Below the pieces are notes generated by a model that made no database searches, was not told where the DNA came from, and saw only the letters and a program-made list of their open reading frames with translations. From positions 57,846,001 through 57,910,000 of the forward strand of contig NC_043002.1 of the NCBI RefSeq assembly GCF_006345805.1: a DNA stretch of 64,000 nucleotides. Direction: 5' to 3'. How positions within the stretch are numbered: position 1 is the first letter of the stretch; the number at the start of each line of letters is the position of its first letter. This stretch comes from Octopus sinensis. Its lineage: Eukaryota. The position numbers and the translations under genes were made by a program. This document shows, piece by piece, positions 51,986 to 64,000 of this stretch.

Positions 51986-52759
51986 TACACCATGAAAAGA
52001 TATCTATTAGTTCAGGTTTTCCCTGTTTATGACAAACATTATTCACTCACATGAGAACGTTTATGGTAAGAAAATTAGAAATACATTGCAAAATTTATAA
52101 TTTTATGATTTTTCTTCTAATATTTTTTGAATCCGAACGATAATGACGCTGTGATGTCTCTACATTTTCTACCAATTTCACATGTTTTTATCTGTTTTAT
52201 ATTGTCTTTACTATTGATAAACGTTCCCATTTACTATTTATATAAATATATAAATTTATAAATATTCTCCTTTGAAAATATGAATATTGATTTTGTTTTT
52301 AAAGATAATTCACTATCACCGATACACTATTAATAATTATTTAGCCAGGCACCATGCGATAAATAGAATGAATCGTTTAACCTTTAATATTCGGCGTCGG
52401 TCGGTGCATTACCATTAATTTAATGACAATTACATAGGTGGTAATACAAGCTGTGACATTCATGCTTTTCCCAGGGTTATTAATGGAATAAATAATGGAA
52501 TATCTACAAATGGTGTCGAGAACAGATTGCAGAATGAGTTTGTTTGATGCTTACCATTCTCTCATTGGTTTTCGCCTCCCATCTGCCACACACATGGAAC
52601 ATAACTACTCATAAAGCACTATTATATAAGGCAGGGCTGCTCAAGCGTTTTAAGTATAGCTGAAAACCTTGTCAGTGATTCCCTCCAGCTCCCATGTTAT
52701 GATTCAACACTTGCTCCTATTTCTGCATTTTGATGTACGTTCGTATAGGTACAGACATA

Positions 52760-53045
52760 GACGTGTGGTTAGTCGTCCGCTTTCGAACCACATGGCTTCA
52801 GCTTCTGTCACACTGTGTAATACCTTAGACAAGTGTCTGCTACTCTAGCCCCGGGACGACCAATGTCTTGTAGGTGAATTGAAAGACAGAAATTCTGTGG
52901 AATCCCGTCCCATGTGTGTGTGTATGTATGTGTCTGAGGTTGTACATGCACCACTTGACAACCAGTTTGATTGCTTACGTCCCTCATAACTTTGCGATTC
53001 CCCAAAAGAGACCGATAGAATAAGTACCTGACTTTAAAAATATAT
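52760..53045 (+). mobile_element. Old SINE B
   Basis: gtgtggttag..caagtgtc..accgatagaataagtac. Confidence 0.7.
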
Positions 53046-53711
53046 GTAGTGTGGTCCAGTGACTTAAAATGTGAAAGATACACGTAATATCGGGTCAGAG
53101 TAATTTAGTTCCTGGAATTATTTTGATGCAGGTGACTCTTTACCCTAGCACCGGTCTACTGTAAACGAATGTTTGACACATCGCCGCTTGACTTTAGCTA
53201 TTGTGCCCACGTGAATTTGATCTCGGCCGAAACCAGACTCAAATGAAATCAACCACTGGAATCTCATGTCTTTGAATGGGCCATTGAGGGCTCATGACAC
53301 TTTGGGCCATTGAAAACAAAAGTCAGATAACTGTCTGGTCATCATTTTGATATTCTAACGAGCTGGCTCGTGCCATGTCATATTGTTTTGAGGAAATATA
53401 TTAGTTTCTGATTATTGTTGCATATCTTCCACTATTAAATAAAAGCGACAGGTACATTCCGATTCAAAACTCGGAAGCTTCTAGAAAGGCTCAGTATAGC
53501 GGCCCCAAATCTCATTCAACAAATTTTTTATGGTGACGGCCTTTTTTAAGATCATCTTTTACCGGAAATACTGAAATGGGCTTCGATCTGTCAATTGGGT
53601 TCATACTATGATTCTCGAGTCGATCGCAGTGGAATAAAACGATATTGATATTAAGTATATATTTTGGGTCATTTACGATGTGTTGGGAACACATTAAAAA
53701 CGGCAGCATAA

Positions 53712-53782
53712 ATTTACGTGTCGTAGTGGTTAACAGCACGGACTACTAACCCCAAGATTCCTAGTTCGATTCTAGGCAGTGA

Positions 53783-53836
<54 letters not shown>

Positions 53837-54045
53837 CAACAACAAACAACAACAACACAACAACAACAACATCGAAAATTACCTTAGGAATGAGAAGCCA
53901 GATTCGAAATTTCCCCAAGACACCTAATGAAGGCTGAAGGGTATATCAACCGAAACGTTGTGTTAACAACAAACAAGTTAAGGACAAATATCCGTGAAAT
54001 GTAAACAATGTACACAATTCCTCATCTCTTAAATATAGAACTGTA
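53712..54045 (+). mobile_element. tRNA-headed SINE-like element with (AAT)n(AAC)n linker and hammerhead-bearing tail
   Basis: A box gtcgtagtggttaa, B box agttcgattct; GACAC-CTaATGA-a-GGCTGA..TCAACC-GAAA-CGTT-GTGTT at 53919-53964. Confidence 0.65.
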
Positions 54046-54467
54046 TTATAGATATAATTGTTCATCAATTCATGTATTGTGTTGAGTTGGTAAAATATCA
54101 GACAACCCATCCGATGTGAAGGCAGTTAGTGTCTCGCAATTGGCGCTGCGTTGCATCCACTGCCAAAATACATTACATGAGTACTCAATAGTTGAGTATA
54201 CCTAGATTGATTTACCGAAACGGTTTGTTTCTATCACTGTGTTATAACAGCTGACCGTTGGTTTTTAGGGTTGCTTTCAATGCTGACAGTCAGAAAAGCT
54301 ATCCATGTGAAAGAACAAATTCTGTTCTAGGGATAGTTTATATTTCAACACCTGATTAACTGTGTGCAGCTTTTGTTGATCTTTAGGTTCTAGAAAGGGA
54401 AATCTTCTGGAATTTGGGGAGATAACTTTATTTAATTAGAGAAATTTTAGTTATTATTTTTCGGCTT

Positions 54468-54680
54468 TAAGACGACGAGCTGGTAGAATCGTTGGCACAC
54501 TGGGGAAAATGCTTAGCTTAGCGGCATTTCGCCTGTCATTACGTTCTAAGTTCAAATGCTGTCGAGGTCGACTTTGCTTTTCATCCTTTCAGGGTCGATA
54601 GAGTACCAGTTGAGCCATGGGCCGACGTAATTGATTTAAGCCTCTCCTGAAATTGCTGGCCTTGTGCCAAAAATTGAAAC
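54468..54680 (+). mobile_element. SINE A
   Basis: Head and core. Confidence 0.83.
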
Positions 54681-55610
54681 CATTATTACTCAGCTTTGTT
54701 GTTGCGTTTTTGTAATGCAGAATAGTCAAAAGAAACAACAGGAGAATTTTATATTTCGAAGTCTTTTGTCGACTTATATATTTGTATGTCTGTGACTTAA
54801 ATAGTTGTCCTTCGCCATAATTAGCGCGAAAGGAAGGTGGAGGGTGTCAAGCATCCCGCTAAAGGACAAATGCCAACGGCTAAATGATCCATGGTACAGA
54901 ACAGTTCTTGAGGAGTTTGTCGCGTTACATCATGTCACCGGCATTGCATCGTCTCTCATAACTCTCAAATGTTTGCGTCTGCCTCGATTTTCAACAACAG
55001 CAACACACCATTGCTGTTTAGTTAACTTCTAGCGTTTCAGTAAATTTCAACGGAAGGAAAAGTCATTTGTGATAGTCAACATCTGACGTTCTCTCCAGGG
55101 GTGAGTGTGTGTGTGTGTGGGGGGGGGGTATTTCTCATCGCCCACGATCGTATGAATCCTTTAGATAAGAACCCACTGGCCCAGTGACATTCAAATGTAT
55201 TTCAAATGACAGCGATTCCTCTTAGTTGACATGATTAAAACACGTTGGGGATGTAGAGATAGATCAGGCTGTTTAAAATGTAAATAGAACCTATCTTTTG
55301 ACAGGAGATTAGTTGCTCTGCTACATATTCTGAAGATAAGGTATTGACATGTTTATACCAAAGTTGATTCCTATCGATACACATCCCATTCCATGAGATA
55401 TCACCAACTTTCTACAGTTCTGTAAATTTTCCATGAATTTTAAATCGGAAGTCAAGACGAAAACAGATGTTTGTTTGTGACAAAATTGTAAATATTGATA
55501 TGGGATGTATCGGAAGATATTATATTAACATTTCGCCAAATAGAACACGAATGTCGATCTACTGTAAGGTTTCATCAAATATTAAACTGAAAGTTGGTAG
55601 GTTTTATGGG

Positions 55611-55670
<60 letters not shown>

Positions 55671-55671
55671 C

Positions 55672-55773
<102 letters not shown>

Positions 55774-55827
55774 GTAGGTAGGTAGGTAGGTGTGTAGATA
55801 GATAGATAGTTAGATAGATAGATAGAT

Positions 55828-56130
55828 ATGTTTCTTTATTAGCCACACAGGGCTGCACACAGACAGAACAAATTACAAAGTAGAGCTTTTCTTTTGGGGG
55901 TAAAAAAAAGGAAGTGGTGGTTTTCGATCAAAAGGGATCGTAAAAGGAAAGAAAGAGGACAAAAAAGGGAGGGGTTAAAAAAAGGGGGGGGCAAAAAAAA
56001 AAAGAAATAATAGGGATCGTTATCACAGAAATGTCAATATGAAGTGTAAAGGGGAGGACAGGTGAGGTTTACCCGTGGAAAGAAAAGCCTACGGAAAAGA
56101 CCACGGTAACCTCGGTCAATGAAGTCATGT
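55828..56130 (-). mobile_element. LINE 3' UTR (putative Tx1-like) embedded in (GATA)n
   Basis: Longer copy of 46405-46504 with pyrimidine-rich UTR and AATAAA. Confidence 0.6.
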
Positions 56131-56168
56131 TATATTTCTTTTTTTTTCTTTTTTTGCAAATAGATAGG

Positions 56169-56213
<45 letters not shown>

Positions 56214-56836
56214 GAACACACATACAGATAAACAGATAGAGAGACAAGCAGACAAATAAACAGAGATGAATTGATAAGCAGGATCTATTTGTTGGAATGA
56301 CCTGCAACTCAGGAGGATGCGCGCGCATCAATTACACTCGCTTTCACGTTATTTCTGCCCCCTCTCTCACTTATCTCAGTCTCTCTACCTCTCTCTCCTT
56401 TTCTCTTTCTCTCTCTCTCTCTCTTATTAACGTCACGTCTGACCTTTCACCATATTTAGCTAAAATATCAGTCACTTTACGTGTCCTATGCAAACTTCAA
56501 TTACAAATTATCCTCCCCACTTTCTCTTTTCTCCCTCTCACTTCCACAACTAAGTTTCTCTCTCACATTCTTACCATTTCTAACGCTCCCTCTTCTTAAA
56601 CTTATTCTCTTTCTCAGATGTACCTAATGCTTTTACATTTCCTGATTTCCCCTCTCTCTATATTATCTTGCCTTTCCCTTTACTGCTCATTCCCTTACTC
56701 AAAATTTTCTTTTTACTCCCACTCCCTGTGTTTCATATTTTCTCTTTCCAACTCACGCTCCCCTTTCTCTTTAATAAAATATTCACTCACTACTTCTGAC
56801 AATTAGTTCTGTTATTATTTATTTGGTTCACACACA

Positions 56837-56869
<33 letters not shown>

Positions 56870-56986
56870 ACACACACGCACACACACACATACACACACA
56901 CACACACACGTATATGCCTGTATATATATATATATGTGTGTGTGTGTGTTTCTCTCTCTCTCTATATATATATATATTTACATATC

Positions 56987-57187
56987 ACGAGATCACGTGA
57001 CCGGCAAGACAATCAGATGTTATATATCGCTGGTCATAATGCGCCTAAGCACTGTTTCAGCCTTTGAATGACACCACTCCCGATTGAAAGGGGACTGGGC
57101 CAATATGAAATGAAGTGTTTTGCTCAAGAATACAACGCACTAGTGATCGTGAGTGTAACTGCTTAACCACTAGGCCACGAGCCTTCG
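56987..57187 (-). mobile_element. SINE with C-type head and D-type tail
   Basis: Head gaaggctcgtggcctagtggttaag; tail gaaggct(g)aaaca..gcgcattatgacca..acatctgat..cggtcacg shared with 60240-60338. Confidence 0.7.
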
Positions 57188-57227
57188 TGTATAAATATAT
57201 ATAAATATGTGTGCGCGTGTGTGTGTG

Positions 57228-57283
<56 letters not shown>

Positions 57284-57329
57284 CGTGTGTGTGTGTGCGT
57301 GCGTGTATGGATGTATGGAGGGAGGGATG

Positions 57330-57838
57330 GTTGCCTCTTCTATTTTTTTAATTATTATAAATCTTCCACTGAGGAGGGAGCCGGTTTCCAACAAAGATGC
57401 AAGGCTGCATCTCTGGGATGTAGTTAACACAGACAAATTCACATTTGGATCTTGAGAAAAGTCTTGCATACTTTTACTGTTCCAGTTACAGATTGCACTT
57501 GTAATGCACAAATCAGTTGGTCTATTTCTCATTCTGAAAATCCCAGTTTATCCAGATTCTCCTTTAAGCATTTACTAACACAACCTTGTGCTCCAATTAT
57601 TATTGGTATGAATATGAATTCATAGTCTGGATATAGAAGCTGGAAGTTTCGAAGCACTTGTCCATAGATATCCTCTTTTTCTTTCGTTTTCAAAGAGATA
57701 TTTATATATGTTGGGCATATAAATGATGCATACCTTTACACCTCTGTCCTAAACAATAATATCCGGCGTGTTAAGTTTAACATTTGTCAGAAGTTTTGAT
57801 GAGAATATTACACCAGTATTCCTTGAGTTGGTGTTTAT
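57330..57838 (-). mobile_element. RLE-type LINE endonuclease domain and 3' UTR
   Basis: YW..ILIKTSDKC..TPDIIV*DR..INISLKTKEKEDIYGQVLRNFQLLYPDYEFIFIPIIIGAQG..LKENLDKLGFS..LQVQSVTGTVKVCKTFLK; includes the PD of a PD-(D/E)xK-like motif. Confidence 0.85.
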
Positions 57839-58179
57839 GAATGTATTCCAATGTACTCCATACATGTATGCATTCCAATGTATTCCAATGTATTCCATAT
57901 ATGTATGTATATTCCATGAATGTATGTATGCATGTATGTATGTATGTATGTATGTATGTATGTATGTATGTATGTATGTATGTGTATGTATGTATGTATG
58001 TATGTATAGATATGTGCGTGAGTGTATGTATGAATATATATGTATGTATATATTTCCTGATATTATCAGCCGTGACAAAAGTATATTTGCAAAGCTACCC
58101 GTCATATGACGGGTAGCTTTTTCTACTCATATGACGAGTAACACTATAAAGTAACGAAGATAATTACAAATAATTTTGG

Positions 58180-58375
58180 TTTCAAATCTTGGCACAAAGC
58201 CAGCAATTGTGGGGAGGGTGCGAAGTCGATCAAATCAATGCCAGTACTCAACTGATAATTATTCTATTGACCCCGAAAAGATGACAAAGTCGACCTTAGC
58301 GGAATTTGAACCCTGAGCATAAAGACGCACAAAATGTCGGTAAGCATTTTTCCCGCGCTCACGATTTTACCAGCG
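58180..58375 (-). mobile_element. SINE A
   Basis: Reverse complement of the core and head. Confidence 0.78.
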
Positions 58376-58389
58376 TCTTTTACTAGTTA

Positions 58390-58686
58390 CAGTAATCCCT
58401 CGCCATATCGCATTTCACTTATCGCGGTTAACTTTTCACCTATCGCGGTTCATCCATCGCAGTTCATCTATCGCGGTTCACCTATCGCAGTTCACCTGTC
58501 GTGGTTCACCTAAGGCATACATCGTTTCCTCCGTGGTGTTGTTTTGTATTTATAATAAAGTAAATATCTATATAAATTATAAAAATAAAAGCAAATATGC
58601 AGTACATTACTGTTTCTACTTCGAGGATTTTCACCTATTACGGGGGTTTTGGGGGCATGACATCCGCGATAGTCGAGGGATTACTA
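58390..58686. mobile_element. Tc1/pogo-type MITE with about 7 internal ttcacctatcgcgg repeats
   Basis: Same TIRs as 19519-19721. Confidence 0.85.
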
Positions 58687-59189
58687 TATATATTGAAACT
58701 CATTAATTGCTCTCATTCTCTGCAAATGTGTGACATTGTGCTATAATCTAAGAAATCCTCATTAATAGCAGGAAACGGAGTGCACTTGGTGATTGTGATT
58801 ATTAATGGTTATTTATATAAATATGTGTGTGTGTGGTGTAAATATATATAACCTCCCTAAGGGACTGATTGACCCATTAAGTCCCAGAGTACTTAAATTT
58901 CTGAGTATTACTTTTAAATATTTACAGATGATTGAAAATAGGTTAAAATGAAAAAAATAATTATCAAAACTAATTTACTTCAAGTAGAAATGAAAATACT
59001 CGGCGTCCTAGAAATAGGACACCGAGACAATGTGATATAGCTTATTTAATGTTCTCATTTAGTGTCCTATTTATAGGACAGTGGGACTTAATGGATTAAA
59101 ACAAATAACAGGTGTTACTTTATTAATCTAATACCGGTTTCAGCCAGAGACCGTGGCCACGCTGGATCACTGCTAGTAGTGCTACTTGT

Positions 59190-59398
59190 ATTAGTCATTA
59201 GATTGCAGCCATGCTGGGGCACTGCGTTGAAGTATATTTAATTGAATGAGTCGACCCTCAAGACTTATTTATTTAAAGCCAGGTACTTATTCTATCTAAG
59301 TTACGGGAATATAAACATACCAACACCGGTTGTTAAGTTGCGGTGGGAGACAAACACAGACACAAAGGCACACACACACACACACGCATAGATATGTT

Positions 59399-59470
<72 letters not shown>

Positions 59471-59610
59471 CGACGGCCTTCTTTCAGTTTCTGTCTACCA
59501 AATCCACTCATAAGGCTTTGGATAGAGTAGAAGACACTTGCCCAAGGTGCTACACAGTGGGACTGAACCCTGATCCATGTGGTTGGGAAGCAAACTTCTT
59601 ACCATACAGC
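59190..59610 (-). mobile_element. SINE B
   Basis: Reverse complement, both halves. Confidence 0.85.
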
Positions 59611-59624
59611 TGCTTATTCTAGAC

Positions 59625-59973
59625 TCACTTCTCGGTCCTGTCTCCGGAATTAGTCCTGGGGAAGTAGTGAGATGGACAAAGCTGCCCTTCTTGGCGTTTC
59701 TTGGCATTTCTTGCTGTGATGTGGGTTCATCTGGAATATTAGATAAAATTTGCTTAATTGATCTTTGAAGACATACTCATTTACTCCTCGTAGATCTTTG
59801 AGGCCTTTTGGCAATGTTGAAAAGTTCTGCGCATTTGAATCCTAAGCTGCAACAGTATTGGTTCCTTACTCTGGACGTTAGCAGCAAGACATTTGATATT
59901 ATGCAGTGGTGTCCAGTCAGATGACTGGAATAACTTTTAATCCTTAACCGGGTGTTAGATCTTCTAGGAACTA

Positions 59974-59975
<2 letters not shown>
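59625..59975 (-). mobile_element. CR1/L2-like LINE 3' coding relic
   Basis: TGHHCII..RVRNQYCCSLGFKCAELFNI / PKGLKDLRGVNEYVFKDQL..ILSNIPDEPT resembles CR1-group ORF2 C-termini. Confidence 0.7.
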
Positions 59976-60012
<37 letters not shown>

Positions 60013-60095
60013 CATACATACATACATACATACATACATACATACATACATACATACATACGTAGATATATATATAGATATATATATACATATGT

Positions 60096-60347
60096 GGAGG
60101 CGCAATGGCCCAGTGGTTAGGGCAGCGGACTCGCGGTTTCGATTCCCAGACCGGGCGTTGTGAGTGTTTATTGAGCGAAAACACCTAAAGCTCCACGAGG
60201 CTCCGGCAGTGGGTGGTGGCGATCCCTGCTGTACTCTTAGCCAGCGGGGTGGCGTCACTTGAAGGCTAAAACAATGCAAAGCGCATTGTGACCATCGATG
60301 TGTAGCAACATCTGATAGCCTGGTCGGTCACGGTGATATATACATAT

Positions 60348-60408
<61 letters not shown>

Positions 60409-60736
60409 CATACATACAACATACATACATCATACATACATACATACATACATACATACGTAGATATATATATAGATATATATATACATATGTGGAGGCG
60501 CAATGGCCCAGTGGTTAGGGCAGCGGACTCGCGGTTTCGATTCCCAGACCGGGCGTTGTGAGTGTTTATTGAGCGAAAACACCTAAAGCTCCACGAGGCT
60601 CCGGCAGTGGGTGGTGGCGATCCCTGCTGTACTCTTAGCCAGCGGGGTGGCGTCACTTGAAGGCTAAAACAATGCAAAGCGCATTGTGACCATCGATGTG
60701 TAGCAACATCTGATAGCCTGGTCGGTCACGGTGATA
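60096..60736 (+). mobile_element. Two apparently identical SINE D copies in a 398-bp tandem duplication
   Basis: 60096-60338 equals 60494-60736 by eye; head ggaggcgcaatggcccagtggttagg..tttcgattccc. Confidence 0.92.
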
Positions 60737-60745
60737 TATACATAT

Positions 60746-60821
<76 letters not shown>

Positions 60822-61204
60822 ACGTATATATTTATGTGTATGTGCGCGTGTATGTGTAGCTTTCGTGATCTCACACGATGAGTAAAAACTCGATAGAGTG
60901 TTGATTAAATAATTAATTATAACCACTCCACCCGCTAAATTTGTTGTTCTGCGCCAAGTTTAGAAATCATTATTATTAAGAAAAAATGTCATGGCTTTCT
61001 TCCACATTATTGACACCCTCACTAGAATTTGCCCTGGTTACTATGCCAAGCCAGAATATATAATCCATACCTTGTGTGCACTTTTATTTACAGACGAACT
61101 TTAGAGGCATTAAGTTATAAATGTATCCAGAGCTATCCACCGCAGTCTTCGGTATGTTATAATCAACACTTTACGATTGTAAGGTTTTGTATATCATATA
61201 ACCG

Positions 61205-61950
61205 AAGGCGGCGATGTATTTGCAGAATGATTAAAACGTCAGGAACAATCACTTTGCGATGTTCTGGTTCTTTAGGATCTGGATTCAAATCGCGCTGAGG
61301 TCAAATCTTACCTTTTATCCTTTCAAGGTCAAAATGCTTAGCGGTATTTCGTTTGCCGCTACGTACTGAATTCAAGTCCCGCCGAGGTCAACTTTGCCTT
61401 TCACCCATTCGGGGTCGATCAATTAAGTACCAGTTACACATTGGGGTCGATGTAATCGATATCCCCTCCCTTAAAGTTTCAGGCCTTGTGCCTTCAGTAG
61501 AAAGGATTAAAAAGACGGAAACGCGGTGTATTGGCGGAATCGTTAGCACGCTGGGCGAAATGCTTAGCAGTTTATCGTTCATCTTCATGTTCTGAGTTCA
61601 AATTCCACCGAGGTCGACTTTGCCCTTCATCCTTTCGAGGTCGCAGTTAAGCACCAGGGTCGATGTAACCGACTTACCCCTCCCCCCAAATTTCAGGCCT
61701 TGTGCCTATAGTAGAAACGATTATTAATAGGGCAGAAGGCGGTGAGCTGGAGGAATCGTTACCGTGTCAGGCGAAATGGTTAGCAGCATTTTTGCCACCT
61801 CTTTACGTTTTAAATTCTATTCTTGCCCTTCATCCTTTACCATTCACCCTTTGCCATTCATCTTTTAGGAATCAATAAAATAGCATAACAGTCAAGCTGA
61901 TGTGACCGACTTACTTCTCCCTCTCAAAACCGCTGGCTTTGTGCCTAAAT
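61205..61950 (+). mobile_element. Four tandem SINE A copies
   Basis: Four successive head/core motifs on the same strand. Confidence 0.85.
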
Positions 61951-62811
61951 CAAAGACTGTCGTTGTTGTTGCTCTTGTTGTTGGGTCTCAAGGCAAATCC
62001 TGACCGATCAGATTCATTATTAAAAGCGTTCATTCCACGTCCATTCCGTCACTTATTTTCTATTCTGTATTTAGAACTACATTTTATGCAATGTGTTCTT
62101 CATTTCTCATAACCAGATGGTATGATATGAGGGGAACTGATTCCAATTTCCGGCAGACGTCTCTTCCATCTCTTCGTAGCAACTGCTTTAAATATTTGTC
62201 AGGATTAATGTTGCTATAACTGTTGTGATTTCTGTTGCGATTTCTGATGCAATCAAGAATGCAAACAGCGTCAACAGAGCATCTAAGGCACAACAAACCT
62301 ATATTAGAAACATTAACAGTTGCTATCATTGTGATTGCCGTTGTTGTTATAAGTCTTGTTGCGTTTTCTATTGCGATTGCTGCAGCAATGGGGATTGCTA
62401 ACAGTATCAACGCAGCAACTACGATAAGACGAAACGTACCTATTTTACGATTGTCAATGGTTGCTTTTATTGTGAATGTTGTTGTAATTGATTTTGATAG
62501 TTTTTCTTTTTGTTTTTGTCTCTGTTGAGTCATCTGTTCAGCTCTGTTTGAGCGTGAACCTTCCCATAAATAGACATCATTCATCAAATCATATGAGTCT
62601 TGTTCTTAATCGTGACTTTCCATAATTGCCTTTCAATATATTTTTGTCGTCTCTTTAAACCTATCGTTATGAATAGCTTATGATATTCCTAAACCATAAT
62701 TATTTCTATTATTTTTATTCTATTATTATTACTATCATTATTATTGTTGTTGCTGTTGTTGATGTTATTATTCCAATCACGTCTTACATCGTATATAGAG
62801 AGGGAGAAAAT

Positions 62812-62850
<39 letters not shown>

Positions 62851-63294
62851 TAAAAGAGTGTAAAAGAGTGTACAAGAGTGTAAAAGAGGGGATTAACGCA
62901 AGAGCTACAAGATGAGTTCACATACTAGGCTGCGTGTTAGGCAATGAGTAATTTATGCTATGCGTGTGCAGAGAGAATGGGTTACAGGGACTGAGATTTC
63001 TCTCTCTTCCGCCCTTTCTCTCTCCCCTCTTTCTCTCACTCTCTCTCTCCCCCTCTCTCTGTATATATATATATTGCAATTAAGTTTGATTCGGCCTCAA
63101 GCGATTTAAATTTTCGTTCTTAAGGAAAGCTGGCTCGTCGAGTTCAGTTAACCACATGGCACCGAATCAAACAGTTTTAAATAATGATATATTTAACACC
63201 TACTAAATCTATCCGTTGAGTGTCTCTTTCTTTCGTTCGTCCATGACCTATAAATACGTACACTCGTATTTATTTATATATATATTCTCTTACT

Positions 63295-63705
63295 CTTTAC
63301 TCTTTTACTCTTTTACTTGTTTCAGTCATTTGACTGCGGCCATGCTGGAGCACCGCCTTTAGTCGAGCAAATCGACCCCGGGACTTATTCTTTGTAAGCC
63401 CAGTACTTATTCTATCGGTCTCTTTTGCCGAACCGCTAAGAGACGGGGACGTAAACACACCAGCATCGGTTGTCAAGCAATGCTAGGGGGACAAACACAG
63501 ACACACAAACATATACACACACACTTATATATATATACATATTTACGACAGGCTTCTTTCAGTTTCCGTCTACCAAATCCACTCACAAGGCATTGGTCGG
63601 CCCGGGGCTATAGCAGAAGACACTTGCCCAAGATGCCACGCAGTGGGACTGAACCCGGAATCATGTGGTTGGTTAGCAAGCTACTTACCACACAGCCACT
63701 CCTAT
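63295..63705 (-). mobile_element. Young full-length SINE B
   Basis: Close match to the other B copies; (ctctttta)n tail. Confidence 0.92.
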
Positions 63706-64000
63706 ATATAATGATGTGTGTATGTATGTATAAATGTATGGATACATGTATGTATGCATGTATGTATGTGTATATCGACAGTGTGTGAGAGAGAGAGAGA
63801 CAGAGAGAGACAGAGAGAAAGAAAGAAAGGAAGGAAAGAAAAAGAAAGATAGTGTGTGTGTATGAGAGAGAGAGAGAGAGAGAGAGAATGATCGTGTGTG
63901 AATGAGAGCGAGTAACTTCCTTGATATAAATCAACATAGTGTAATTTTGTTTTCAGTTAACATTTTGTTCTTCTTAAATATTATTTAATTTAATATTATT

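Noticed and set aside
58405-58515. Short regular direct repeats resembling a CRISPR array
   Set aside because: 14-15-bp repeats without unique spacers inside a eukaryotic MITE; no cas genes.
62084-62587. 167-aa hydrophobic minus-strand ORF
   Set aside because: It derives from a decayed (GTT/GCA/GAT) triplet repeat and has no domain features.

Overview
AT-rich, microsatellite-saturated eukaryotic DNA, most likely from an Octopus (coleoid cephalopod) genome. That assignment is inferred from the tRNA-derived SINE families and the (TA)n/(CATA)n/(GATA)n load. Almost every ORF in the supplied track is a translation of simple repeats. The real content is mostly decayed mobile DNA: about 30 copies of one tRNA-derived SINE (A), about 12 of a bipartite SINE (B), and further SINEs with shuffled heads and tails. 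There are relics of a cecropia-type mariner and a DD37D/maT transposase, several MITEs, and two Helitron/Helentron-like non-autonomous elements. LINE 3' fragments include four RLE-type (R4/Dong-like), one RTE, one CR1-like and two putative Tx1-like. The best gene evidence is one signal-peptide-like first coding exon (31562-31639, +); a few weaker exon candidates lie on the minus strand. The most interesting signals are (i) six minimal type-I hammerhead-ribozyme-like motifs of the Penelope type, one with an intact core and one in the tail of a tRNA-headed SINE-like element, (ii) retrotransposon fragments that sit consistently in specific microsatellites, and (iii) several near-perfect hairpins. 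SINE boundaries are approximate (about 10-20 bp).
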